From a virus (Duplodnaviria; Caudoviricetes), in the IMG/VR virus record IMGVR_UViG_3300031857_000001: DNA of 64,000 bases; one strand, written 5' to 3'. Below the pieces are notes generated by a model, which was given only the letters and a program-made list of their open reading frames with translations, was not told where the DNA came from and made no database searches. Below, in pieces: positions 29,056 to 38,250 of the stretch (positions are counted from its first letter, which is position 1; each line of letters opens with the position of its first letter). The position numbers and the translations under genes are program-made.

Positions 29056-29236
29056 ACTCTTTTGTCATAAAACATATCACGACGAATATTTCCAATTTCA
29101 TATTATTCCAAGTTTGACTGTAACAAAGAGTGAATATTTTGATATTGAAACCGGAGATTACACAAGTCTTTATATATTTGCCGTAGGGTTCCTTGTATGG
29201 GACTTCGGTTTTCAAATCACTAAAAATCAAAAATAA
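29045..29236 (+). CDS. hypothetical protein
   Basis: ORF track. Confidence 0.5.
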   Translation: MKTELFCHKTYHDEYFQFHIIPSLTVTKSEYFDIETGDYTSLYIFAVGFLVWDFGFQITKNQK

Positions 29237-29237
29237 T

Positions 29238-29408
29238 ATGTTCAACTTCAAAACTAAAATTCTTCAAACCATTGCCAGTATTTTGGGTGTAAAAGTCCAT
29301 GTATATATGACGTTATCAAAAGAAAAAACAATTGATACGGATAGTGTTGAAGGCCCAAATGATTTCAAACAACCAACAAGTGTTCCTGAACGACAAATCG
29401 GAGATTAA
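29238..29408 (+). CDS. small hypothetical protein
   Basis: Start moved to ATG 29238. Confidence 0.45.
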   Translation: MFNFKTKILQTIASILGVKVHVYMTLSKEKTIDTDSVEGPNDFKQPTSVPERQIGD

Positions 29409-29411
29409 AAA

Positions 29412-30368
29412 ATGTTTTCTGATAAACTAAAAAAACTAATCGTAGAATTTCTACTCAAAGACCTTATGCGGGTTGAAATCATTTACTACAAAGATAGTAT
29501 TTGGTTTATCGATAGGGAGCAGAGGTATTGGTATTTTGAATACCATAAAGAAGATAAACATCTTTGGTGGAGGTGGTCTCATTTCCAATCTGCCCTTACA
29601 ATGTTTTCACTAAATGGTGAAGAACATCAGTATCTATTTGGTGAATTGGTTAATATTATTTTGAATAAAAAACAAAAACTTGAAACCAAATATCCCGATA
29701 AAGTTTTTAAAACCGTTGGAAGTATCCTTAACTTTAAAGAGGAATCCAAAGAGGTATTAAATTCCAAGGTAAACACAACCGGGGTGAGGTATTTTAATGG
29801 CGAATGGCGGGTGGAAGAGGCATTAAATTGCGAGGTAGAAACATCTTCACCTCACAACGATTGCGGTGGATGGGCGGTGGAAGAGGTATTAAACCACAAT
29901 GTAGAAACAACCGCATTTCATCCATTCAACAACTATGGCGCGGTGGAAGAGGTATTAAACCACGATGTAGTAACAATAGGAGAGGCATACCACAATGACG
30001 ATTATGTTACAGAGGAAATACTAAATAATACCATTAATACATATCGTTCAGGTGAGTTGGTGGATGAAGAAAAACTGATTAATAATGTTTTGAATTATGG
30101 GGTAGATACAATTGAAATAAAATCAATTAGAAAATTAAAAGGTGAAAGTCCCCTCCAAGATATTGTTGTTAGTCATATTCTTGATGAATCGGAAAAGGTT
30201 ACAGATAAGTTGAAGATTAAAGAAGATGACCGTGTTAAGTCATATAGTTGTGATGTTTTTATGTGTGATTTTTTAGTTCAAAATGTTTTGGATATTGGGT
30301 CAAATTCAATTAATTTTGACGTAACATCACAACAGGGTAGAGTTGACGGAGTGTTGAAAAATTCCTAA
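29412..30368 (+). CDS. protein with Trp/Tyr-rich N-terminus and 22-aa VEEVLNxxVxT repeats
   Basis: At least five repeat units; 66-bp DNA period at about 29750-30100. Confidence 0.8.
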   Translation: MFSDKLKKLIVEFLLKDLMRVEIIYYKDSIWFIDREQRYWYFEYHKEDKHLWWRWSHFQSALTMFSLNGEEHQYLFGELVNIILNKKQKLETKYPDKVFKTVGSILNFKEESKEVLNSKVNTTGVRYFNGEWRVEEALNCEVETSSPHNDCGGWAVEEVLNHNVETTAFHPFNNYGAVEEVLNHDVVTIGEAYHNDDYVTEEILNNTINTYRSGELVDEEKLINNVLNYGVDTIEIKSIRKLKGESPLQDIVVSHILDESEKVTDKLKIKEDDRVKSYSCDVFMCDFLVQNVLDIGSNSINFDVTSQQGRVDGVLKNS

Positions 30369-30399
30369 AGTGTAAAATAAAAAGTTACTTTTTTGTAAA

Positions 30400-30633
30400 A
30401 TGGAAAAGATTGATAAATTATACGAGCAACTTGAGAACTTTCAGTATGTTCAGGTAAAAATGAGAGATGAAGGGTTTGATTATTGTTTCAGACATTATTC
30501 ATCATTTGAAGAAGTTGAAGATGAAAAGTTTCATTCTTTGCGGGAATCGTATATAAAAATTGCCGAGGAACTTGAAGAATATGTTGAAAGTAAAATAAAT
30601 CAGATTCAAGACGAAATACAAGAAGAAATATGA
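30400..30633 (+). CDS. hypothetical protein
   Basis: ORF track. Confidence 0.6.
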   Translation: MEKIDKLYEQLENFQYVQVKMRDEGFDYCFRHYSSFEEVEDEKFHSLRESYIKIAEELEEYVESKINQIQDEIQEEI

Positions 30634-30956
30634 AACAAGAAACTACGGGCAAACAGTTCGCTGAATCTGCGGATAAAGTAATTACAGTTACGAGAAAACA
30701 AACTGCGGTTGAATGGATGGTTGAGCAAGTTGAACTAATTTCCAACAATAAAACTTTATCAAAAAAAGATGCGGTTAAATTGTATGATGAAGTAATTCAA
30801 CAATCCAAAGCAATGGTGAATGAACAGATAATGGAGGCTTATATGAAAGCTAAATTAGAACATATAGACACATTAGGTTTAAATGCTGTGAAAAATAAAA
30901 TAATCAAGGATACTGAACAATACTTTCAAGAAACATACGGAGGTGACAAATGTTAG
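30630..30956 (+). CDS. KQTAVEW-family small protein, copy 1
   Basis: KQTAVEW..Q.KAM..EQI..AY...Y.GGDK. Confidence 0.75.
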   Translation: MKQETTGKQFAESADKVITVTRKQTAVEWMVEQVELISNNKTLSKKDAVKLYDEVIQQSKAMVNEQIMEAYMKAKLEHIDTLGLNAVKNKIIKDTEQYFQETYGGDKC

Positions 30957-31123
30957 CGATATCATTAAAAAAACATGAATTGGATGCACTGAATGAGTTG
31001 ATAAATCAAATCGAAGCTGTGAACGCTGCGGGAATGAATCAGGTGTTTAATAATAACGCCATAAGGATTTTGAAATTCAATATAATTGAACACTTAAACG
31101 AAATTGAAGGAGGTGACAAATGA
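30950..31123 (+). CDS. small hypothetical protein ending GGDK (57 aa)
   Basis: Manual translation MLAISLKKHELDALN...EIEGGDK*; bounded by GGAGGTGACAAATG junctions. Confidence 0.6.
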   Translation: MLAISLKKHELDALNELINQIEAVNAAGMNQVFNNNAIRILKFNIIEHLNEIEGGDK

Positions 31124-31329
31124 GTAAACAAACCGCAGTAGAGTGGATAGTTAGTAAACTATCCATTACATTTCAAACAATGTATAGCGAAGAAATTGAA
31201 CAAGCCAAAGCAATGGAGAAGGAGCAGATAATTAAAGCATTCTGTGAAGGGTATGACCACGATGGTGATAATTATGATGGAGCGGAAATAAGCTACTATA
31301 ACAGAACATACAAAGGAGGTGACAAATGA
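31120..31329 (+). CDS. KQTAVEW-family small protein, copy 2
   Basis: Shares AAAGCAATGGAGAAGGAGCAGATAATT with copy 3. Confidence 0.75.
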   Translation: MSKQTAVEWIVSKLSITFQTMYSEEIEQAKAMEKEQIIKAFCEGYDHDGDNYDGAEISYYNRTYKGGDK

Positions 31330-31547
31330 GTAAACAAACAGCAGTAGAATGGTTAGAACTCGAATTAAAAAAACTACCTTTTGTAGATGTAGTTGAAGTC
31401 TTTCAAAAAGCTAAAGCAATGGAGAAGGAGCAGATAATTGAAGCTCACTTAACACCACTATCCAATGAATATTGGTTTCAGAAAGATGAAATATTAAATC
31501 AAGAATCAGAAAAATACTACAACGAAACTTATGGAGGTGAAAAATGA
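31326..31547 (+). CDS. KQTAVEW-family small protein, copy 3
   Basis: MSKQTAVEW...AKAMEKEQII...YYNETYGGEK. Confidence 0.75.
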   Translation: MSKQTAVEWLELELKKLPFVDVVEVFQKAKAMEKEQIIEAHLTPLSNEYWFQKDEILNQESEKYYNETYGGEK

Positions 31548-31822
31548 ATAATACGGAAATAACACCAGTACCCGAAGTGGTTGCTGACACAAGACGAGTT
31601 TGTGAGATACGATTTGATTGTATGGTAACAATGCATGATGTTGCGTATAGAAAATATAAGGAAATGTGGGGACAGGAGAAACAATCCAAAACACCCCAAT
31701 GGTTTAAAGCCAATCATATTCTAACATTAGAAATGGTTAAACATGCCGACCCATACGATTTGGGAATGAGAATTAAAGAAATGTTTCATCAACTAGAAAA
31801 AACAATAGAAAGTTATGAGTAA
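31544..31822 (+). CDS. hypothetical protein
   Basis: ORF track; translationally coupled. Confidence 0.6.
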   Translation: MNNTEITPVPEVVADTRRVCEIRFDCMVTMHDVAYRKYKEMWGQEKQSKTPQWFKANHILTLEMVKHADPYDLGMRIKEMFHQLEKTIESYE

Positions 31823-32918
31823 TTGGATAGAAACACAATATCTTCATCTGTTAGAAGATATTTTAGAAAAGGGTGTTGAAAAGAAAGATAGAACAGGTAC
31901 TGGTACCTTATCAATATTCGGTAGACAGATTCGTCATAACATGAAGGATGGGTTTCCATTGCTTACAACCAAGAAGATGGCCTTTAAAACTATGGTAACT
32001 GAATTACTGTGGTTTTTAAGAGGTGATACCAACATCAAATACCTTGTTGATAACAATTGTCATATTTGGGATGGTGATGCTCATAAGAATTACTTACACA
32101 AAGTTATTCGTGATAAAGACATTGTAAGGTATTTAAAATCATATTCAATAGATACAAATGGTGTTCCTACTATTGAACCATACTCAAAAGAAGAATTTAT
32201 TGAACGAATTAAAAACGATGATGAGTTTGCAGAACAGTGGGGTGAATTAGGACCTATTTATGGAGCACAATGGAGAAATTGGCTAAACATCCCAGGTGAA
32301 CTCAATAAGGGAGGTACAGACCAAATTGCTAATCTAATCTCTGAACTCAAAACAAACCCAGACTCAAGACGATTAATGGTTAATGCTTATAATATAGGTG
32401 AATTAGACCAAATGGTTCTTCCACCCTGTCATTACGGATTTCAAGTTTATACAAGAGAGTTGTCAATATATGAAAGAGCAAAAATATATGCTAAAAAGAA
32501 TAGTACTGAAATAAAAATTGATACTACTGATGACCATACCGCTTTGCATTTGTACTATACAACAAACAATGTACCTACCAGAGCAATCTCTCTAATGTGG
32601 AATCAAAGGTCGGTAGACACACTATTGGGGCTTCCATTCAATATAGCGTCATATGGGTTGTTATTAGAAATCATTGCCAAAGAAGTTAATATGGTTCCTG
32701 ATGAGTTGATTGGTAACTTAGGTGATGTACATTTATATCTAAATCATATTGAGCAGGCTAAGGAACAAATTAGTAGAACACCTTATAATTTGCCTAAATT
32801 AGGTGTGGATTATAGAGAGGATGAATATGATAAAAATTTAAAAGACTTTGTACCTGATGATTTTTATCTAATAGATTATCAATCACACCCAGCAATTAAA
32901 GCACCTTTAAGTAATTAA
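31815..32918 (+). CDS. thyA: thymidylate synthase
   Basis: DRTGTGT, FPLLTTKK, ELLWFL, GPIYG.QWR, LPPCH, QRS.D..LGLPFNIASY, H.Y.NH. Confidence 0.97.
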   Translation: MSNWIETQYLHLLEDILEKGVEKKDRTGTGTLSIFGRQIRHNMKDGFPLLTTKKMAFKTMVTELLWFLRGDTNIKYLVDNNCHIWDGDAHKNYLHKVIRDKDIVRYLKSYSIDTNGVPTIEPYSKEEFIERIKNDDEFAEQWGELGPIYGAQWRNWLNIPGELNKGGTDQIANLISELKTNPDSRRLMVNAYNIGELDQMVLPPCHYGFQVYTRELSIYERAKIYAKKNSTEIKIDTTDDHTALHLYYTTNNVPTRAISLMWNQRSVDTLLGLPFNIASYGLLLEIIAKEVNMVPDELIGNLGDVHLYLNHIEQAKEQISRTPYNLPKLGVDYREDEYDKNLKDFVPDDFYLIDYQSHPAIKAPLSN

Positions 32919-32919
32919 A

Positions 32920-33168
32920 ATGAAAATAACTCTGTTAAACTACGAAGGCCCCGTTCTTTGGGCCAAAAGCTCGGATTCGGGTATTGCAATCTACGACCAA
33001 TGGAATGAGCTGGTTGAAGTTCTAACAAGGGAAGAATTTTGTTCTTTTATTGATGGTGAAATGAAATTGATGGACAGTAGAGAACGAGCATGGATTTACA
33101 CCGAACAAAGCCAAGAAGCACGACAAAAGTTCTCCAAACTTTTTGAATTTTTAAACCTAAATAACTAA
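32920..33168 (+). CDS. hypothetical protein
   Basis: ORF track. Confidence 0.55.
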   Translation: MKITLLNYEGPVLWAKSSDSGIAIYDQWNELVEVLTREEFCSFIDGEMKLMDSRERAWIYTEQSQEARQKFSKLFEFLNLNN

Positions 33169-33169
33169 T

Positions 33170-33364
33170 ATGGATAATTTCCAACACATTTTAAAACAAA
33201 TTTCAGAATCTTTATCAAAGGTTTCATACGACAATGGAAATTTGTCTGATGTTGGAAATGAAGTTGGAATTGTCATCGGAAATTATATAACAACCGAACA
33301 GGATTTTAAAGATTTTGTTCAAGGATTAAGACACGGAATATCCCTCACAAATGGAGAACACTGA
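33170..33364 (+). CDS. hypothetical protein
   Basis: ORF track. Confidence 0.5.
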   Translation: MDNFQHILKQISESLSKVSYDNGNLSDVGNEVGIVIGNYITTEQDFKDFVQGLRHGISLTNGEH

Positions 33365-33812
33365 AGATTTATGGTGTAACTATTCTGATTTACCAAGTGT
33401 AATGAGTTACGAACAACCAAAAAAGAAATATCCCGACAATATTGTATGGAGTGAAGAGCGTGGGTATTACGCTCACCTTCTTCCATATGCAACAAACATC
33501 GGAGCACCAGTCATATCACCTGACAATGTATCAACATGGAAGAATGAAAAGATTTTAAAAACCAATCATTACTTCAATAGAAAATACGAGGAGATAAAAG
33601 AACAATATCAAAAATTACTTGAGGAATTTGAGTGGAATAGTATTGTGTATAATGCAACATATAATTTTCAACCAATTATCGGACAAGAATATTATTTGTA
33701 TCGTAGAAAAAGTGGAGAATATTTCTTATCATTAATCAAACCAACCGAGTGGAAGGAAAACCACATTGGAACATTTGAATTGGATTCTGATAATAAATGG
33801 AAAAAAATATAA
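33351..33812 (+). CDS. DUF2452-like protein
   Basis: YNFQPIIGQEYYLY.R..G..FLSLI.P.EW pattern. Confidence 0.65.
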   Translation: MENTEDLWCNYSDLPSVMSYEQPKKKYPDNIVWSEERGYYAHLLPYATNIGAPVISPDNVSTWKNEKILKTNHYFNRKYEEIKEQYQKLLEEFEWNSIVYNATYNFQPIIGQEYYLYRRKSGEYFLSLIKPTEWKENHIGTFELDSDNKWKKI

Positions 33813-33815
33813 GTT

Positions 33816-34031
33816 ATGATACAAAAAACAACATTATCTTCAGAAATTGATTTGACGTGTAGTACATTAACCGCAAACCCTGACCTTACGATTGAATCCG
33901 GTCCTAAGTATGTGGGATGTTATCAACTAGGTGGGAGTATGGGATTACAAATTTATCTTGCAAAAAAACCAAAATGGCTCCATAGAAAAATGATGAAACT
34001 ATGTTTGGGATTTGAGTGGATTAATAAGTAA
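33816..34031 (+). CDS. hypothetical protein
   Basis: ORF track. Confidence 0.5.
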   Translation: MIQKTTLSSEIDLTCSTLTANPDLTIESGPKYVGCYQLGGSMGLQIYLAKKPKWLHRKMMKLCLGFEWINK

Positions 34032-34056
34032 AACAATAGAAAGTTACGAATAATAT

Positions 34057-34407
34057 ATGATGGAAGATTTAAAACATAAGTGGGAACAAATTGACGAGGA
34101 CGATTATGTTGCCAAGTATCGTGATATGATGCTACGAGTTGAAAAGATGGATGAGCAACAATGGTGGTGGGCGGTTTATAGAGGAAAAGAAGAACTATGT
34201 CCCGAGAAACCATTTGCAAGAAAAAAAGATTATGCGATGAAGATGGCTCAGGAATGTGCCGAAGAAAATATTGGACCTTATGTATCAGATGACTTTCAGA
34301 TTGGACCGGATGGTGCTTACGAGCATACAGATGATATGGAAGATTGGGACAATACTTTAATGGATGGACTTGAAGATGATGATACAAATAGCGAAGAATG
34401 GGAATAA
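34057..34407 (+). CDS. acidic hypothetical protein
   Basis: ORF track. Confidence 0.55.
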   Translation: MMEDLKHKWEQIDEDDYVAKYRDMMLRVEKMDEQQWWWAVYRGKEELCPEKPFARKKDYAMKMAQECAEENIGPYVSDDFQIGPDGAYEHTDDMEDWDNTLMDGLEDDDTNSEEWE

Positions 34408-34622
34408 TTAAATTACATAAAATGGGAAAAGATATAGGAACGGTTAGTTACACCGATAAGCGAGATTCTATAAAACAGATTGAGTTAATCACTGATAGAT
34501 TTAAAAAAGGTAAAATCAATAACGAAGATTATATCAAACTTATTCACGAAAACTTACAAAAACTAACAACTAAAAGAAATTATATTGGTTATTTGATGAA
34601 TATAGGACAATTAGATAATTGA
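34398..34622 (+). CDS. hypothetical protein
   Basis: ORF track. Confidence 0.45.
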   Translation: MGIIKLHKMGKDIGTVSYTDKRDSIKQIELITDRFKKGKINNEDYIKLIHENLQKLTTKRNYIGYLMNIGQLDN

Positions 34623-34623
34623 T

Positions 34624-35076
34624 ATGGAATTAATAACGACATACATTTGTAAGAAAGGTGACGAGGGTGTTCACGGAAATATGTTCGGAGGTTTAATACT
34701 CGGGCTTATTGATGATGCGGCTGCTTCATACGCCTCTCAAATCTGTGACACTCAAAAGATTGTTACATTGAAGATTGATGAGTTGTTATTTAAACGAGCG
34801 GTAAAAGTTGGAAACATATTAAAAGTTTATGGTGAGGTCGTTTCATTTGGTAATACCTCTGTTACACTTTATATCGAAGTTAGAAAACACAATGTTTATA
34901 CAGGTGAGCAAGACATTGTAACTCAAACAAAAATTGTTTTTGTTAGAATTGATGAGGACGGAAAACCCAGACCGATTCATCATCATGTTAAAGAAAGATA
35001 CTGGGAAAGATTAGAAAAATTTGGAAAGGGTCTCCTAACTCCCGAAGAAAAATTTAGAATTGGTTCAGAGATTTAA
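34624..35076 (+). CDS. hotdog-fold acyl-CoA thioesterase (YciA-like)
   Basis: HGNMFGG.IL..ID.AA...VT..ID...F...VKVG...GNTS...FVRIDE.GKPRPI. Confidence 0.85.
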   Translation: MELITTYICKKGDEGVHGNMFGGLILGLIDDAAASYASQICDTQKIVTLKIDELLFKRAVKVGNILKVYGEVVSFGNTSVTLYIEVRKHNVYTGEQDIVTQTKIVFVRIDEDGKPRPIHHHVKERYWERLEKFGKGLLTPEEKFRIGSEI

Positions 35077-36208
35077 GAATATTATTGTCTTAATAATACT
35101 CACATTATGTGGGTTAATTTCTATTGCCCAATGTCCAAACGCAAATTTTGAATTTGGTAATTTTACAAACTGGACAGGGAGAAGAGGATTTTGTTGCCCA
35201 ATTGATTTACCTTTTGCTGGAATTTTTCCGGGAAGACAAACAATTGTAAGTGCGGGTATTGACCCCAATACATGCGGAGGTCTCAATACGGTTTATGACG
35301 GAAATTTTTCAGCCCGTCTTGGAAACAACCAAAACAATGCAAGAGCTGAAGGTTTATATTATACATTTACTGTTAGTCCGGCAACAACTTTGATACAGTA
35401 CGCTTACGCGGTTGTATTACAAGACCCTGGCCATAGCGATGGGGCTCAACCAAGATTTCAATCAAGAGTTAGACTTGCAAACGGAACAGTAATTCCTTGT
35501 ACCGAGTACATGGTGACGGCCGGACCTAATTTGCCAGGTTTTAATTATTGTACAATGCCGGGCAACCCAACACCAATAGCTTGGAGTGATTGGAGGGTTA
35601 TATCATTAGACTTATCAGGGTATGTTGGACAAAGTGTTACACTTGAATTTGAAACGGGTGATTGTGATTTAGGTGCTCACTATGGATATGCCTATATCGA
35701 CGCAATATCTTGTGGTCCGATTGAAACAAAAGTTTATTATTGTCAGGCAAGTGATTCTACATTGATTGAAGGTCCGGAAGGTTTTGCGACATACCAATGG
35801 TCACCAACAGGAGATAACACAAGAGTTATTACTATTCCATCAAATACTTACACCAATTTGACATTGAGTGTAACAACTATTACAGGATGTGAACTTGACC
35901 TTCAAATAATCCTTGACCCGATACCCTTATTATCAAGTATAATATGTGAAGATGTATGTTTTCCTGACATAGTTAATTTTACAAATTTAACACCACCTAT
36001 TCAGGGGTATCAAACCGCCTATTTATGGGACTTCGATGATGGACAAACTTCAAATTTATATTCTCCATCACATACGTATAGTTCTCCCGGTGTCTATAAT
36101 GTGACGATGACCGCTCATGTTGTGGGGACAAATTGCACAGACAACGCAAATTGTGAAGTTGAGGTTTACGACATTCCAATAATACCTGGAATTATTAGCC
36201 ACGATTAG
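35060..36208 (+). CDS. secreted PKD-domain protein ending ISHD
   Basis: Signal ..SIA-Q; CPN.NFE.GNF..W; YLWDFDDG...SPSHTYSSPG.Y.VT PKD motif; no T9SS CTD. Confidence 0.8.
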   Translation: MVQRFKNIIVLIILTLCGLISIAQCPNANFEFGNFTNWTGRRGFCCPIDLPFAGIFPGRQTIVSAGIDPNTCGGLNTVYDGNFSARLGNNQNNARAEGLYYTFTVSPATTLIQYAYAVVLQDPGHSDGAQPRFQSRVRLANGTVIPCTEYMVTAGPNLPGFNYCTMPGNPTPIAWSDWRVISLDLSGYVGQSVTLEFETGDCDLGAHYGYAYIDAISCGPIETKVYYCQASDSTLIEGPEGFATYQWSPTGDNTRVITIPSNTYTNLTLSVTTITGCELDLQIILDPIPLLSSIICEDVCFPDIVNFTNLTPPIQGYQTAYLWDFDDGQTSNLYSPSHTYSSPGVYNVTMTAHVVGTNCTDNANCEVEVYDIPIIPGIISHD

Positions 36209-36255
36209 TCTTTTTCAAGATATTTATAGTAGAATAAACTCTAACTACTTTAAAC

Positions 36256-36813
36256 ATGAAAAAACTCTTATTACTTGTACTGGCAATACTACCAATCACA
36301 CTTTTTGCTCAATTTACCACAATTAATCCCGATACAGTCTGTATAAATGACCCTTTTGCAACTTATCAGGTTCCAAATACTCCAAACTATACTTATGTAT
36401 GGTCAGTTTCGGCTCCCGGTATTTTAACATCAGGACAAGGAACTAATGAAATAACTGTCGACTGGTCGGCCGCTCCTGCGGGCGGTCCTATAGTAGATGC
36501 GATTAGTGTTTATGCAACAACACCTGCTGGTTGTGACGGACCCCCAATCACGATGAATGTATTTATTCTTGAAATCAACCCTGTGGTTACTCCACTTGTA
36601 TTTTGTGAAGGTGACCCTTGCGAAGATTTGGTTGCAACACCGGCTGGTGGTGTATTCTCAGGACCAAACATTGTTAATGGTCAATATTGCCCACAAACGG
36701 AGGGAACAGAAACGGTGACTTACACCATAACTGAGGCGGGATGTACATTCACTGCGACAGCTGATATGACCGTCTATCCAATTCCTGTTTTAGACAATAT
36801 TTCACATGACTAA
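36256..36813 (+). CDS. secreted Ig/PKD-like protein ending ISHD
   Basis: Signal ..LFA-Q; PDTVC..TY.V...Y.W.V...GQGTNEITVDW; PAGG.FSG; no T9SS CTD. Confidence 0.75.
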   Translation: MKKLLLLVLAILPITLFAQFTTINPDTVCINDPFATYQVPNTPNYTYVWSVSAPGILTSGQGTNEITVDWSAAPAGGPIVDAISVYATTPAGCDGPPITMNVFILEINPVVTPLVFCEGDPCEDLVATPAGGVFSGPNIVNGQYCPQTEGTETVTYTITEAGCTFTATADMTVYPIPVLDNISHD

Positions 36814-36815
36814 GA

Positions 36816-37388
36816 ATGAAAAACATAAAAACAATCTTGTTGTTGTTTTTTGTTATGATTATGCTTGGTCAGCAACAAGAAATAGACATTTGTGAAGAGG
36901 AGTCTAAAAAAGAATACACCTATTCAATACAGTCTGACACACCAAATACAACATTTTATTGGTATGTTGATGGTGTTTACCATTTTGGACAAACTCTAAC
37001 CGTAAACTGGGAAACTTATTCGCCCGGTATTCACACCGTAAAAGTTTATGGTAAAAGTGGAGATTGTAGGTCAGAACCCATGGAGTTTAAAGTACATATA
37101 GGTGAGTGCTCTTCAATCTACATACCAAACGCATTTACACCAAATGCCGATGGATTTAATGATACTTGGTTCCCACAAGGAACAGGATGGGAAAGTATCG
37201 AAGTACTTGTGTTTGATAGATGGGGAGAGTTAGTTTTTCAATCAGTAGACCCAAAAGGACAGTGGATTGGAAATTTTAGAGGTGGTGACTATTATGTTCA
37301 AAATGATGTGTATGAATATAAAGTCACTTGGAAGGGAATTGACAACGAACCTGAAATAATTTTTGGTCATGTAACGGTTGTTAGGTAA
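36816..37388 (+). CDS. secreted protein with type B T9SS CTD
   Basis: YIPNAFTPNADGFND...VFDRWGELVF...NDVY.Y...GHVTVVR. Confidence 0.85.
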   Translation: MKNIKTILLLFFVMIMLGQQQEIDICEEESKKEYTYSIQSDTPNTTFYWYVDGVYHFGQTLTVNWETYSPGIHTVKVYGKSGDCRSEPMEFKVHIGECSSIYIPNAFTPNADGFNDTWFPQGTGWESIEVLVFDRWGELVFQSVDPKGQWIGNFRGGDYYVQNDVYEYKVTWKGIDNEPEIIFGHVTVVR

Positions 37389-37446
37389 AAACATTTGATT
37401 TTACTGATTTAATGTTCTATAATTTGTATAAATAAAAAAACAATTT

Positions 37447-37677
37447 ATGCAAACACTAGTTTTTAACACAACAGAAAAAAAAGTTTGGGTGTATGACGGT
37501 ACGGCTGAGGTCTCAAACTTAATTTACAAATTCGAAAATGTACCAACGGTAAAACCATTACAAGATTATTATGAAGTAATGCAAAGACTTGATAGCGAAA
37601 GTGCTCCATCAGGTTATTCATCAGTTCCTGTAGCAAGATTTCCAATTTCTAACACCAATATGATTATTGAGAAATGA
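37447..37677 (+). CDS. hypothetical protein
   Basis: ORF track. Confidence 0.6.
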   Translation: MQTLVFNTTEKKVWVYDGTAEVSNLIYKFENVPTVKPLQDYYEVMQRLDSESAPSGYSSVPVARFPISNTNMIIEK

Positions 37678-38195
37678 GGTATAAAGTAGTTGTAGGTGGT
37701 CGTGGTGCAGAATGTTACGTTCATTTATTAGAAGATGAACAAAGACAGAGATTATTTGAGTCGGATGTTGAAAACGATAATTGTGAGCCTGAAGTTATCA
37801 GTGAAATAGTAAATAAAAATGATATATTTGAAACTGATGATACTTTTTTGGGACCCTTTAATAACCCTGAACATTTTATAATTCAGGTTTATAACGAAAA
37901 CGACGACCTAATTTGGGAATCTAAAAATGACCACGAATTTGAGGATTATATTTTCGAATTTGTTTTTGAAGAGGACAAATCTTTGATAATTGAGGATTAC
38001 ACCAAGGGTCAATTTTTTCAATATGATATAGAATTGGATGAAGAATTTGACCCAAAAAAATTAAAACCCATAGTTACCGAAATTGGAGAAAGGGTCGAGA
38101 TTATTACGAATTTTACTTACAACGAAACAGATTTATCCCTTTTCAAGGAGTACGGAGATTATTGGAGCAAAGGGTTAACATATTATTTGAATTGA
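37674..38195 (+). CDS. acidic hypothetical protein
   Basis: ORF track; coupled start. Confidence 0.6.
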   Translation: MRYKVVVGGRGAECYVHLLEDEQRQRLFESDVENDNCEPEVISEIVNKNDIFETDDTFLGPFNNPEHFIIQVYNENDDLIWESKNDHEFEDYIFEFVFEEDKSLIIEDYTKGQFFQYDIELDEEFDPKKLKPIVTEIGERVEIITNFTYNETDLSLFKEYGDYWSKGLTYYLN

Positions 38196-38250
38196 CTTTT
38201 ATGTCTTTTTCTAGATATTTACCTTTATAATAAACTTATAAATTTTTAAA

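Noticed and set aside
29805-30010. CRISPR-like array (about 33-bp repeat + 33-bp spacer)
   Set aside because: Lies in frame inside a 318-aa ORF, repeats vary in a codon-wise way, are not palindromic, and no cas genes or leader are visible; treated as a protein repeat
31815-32918. Intron or intein in thyA
   Set aside because: Frame is continuous; the two insertions are short in-frame loops with no splice or intein motifs
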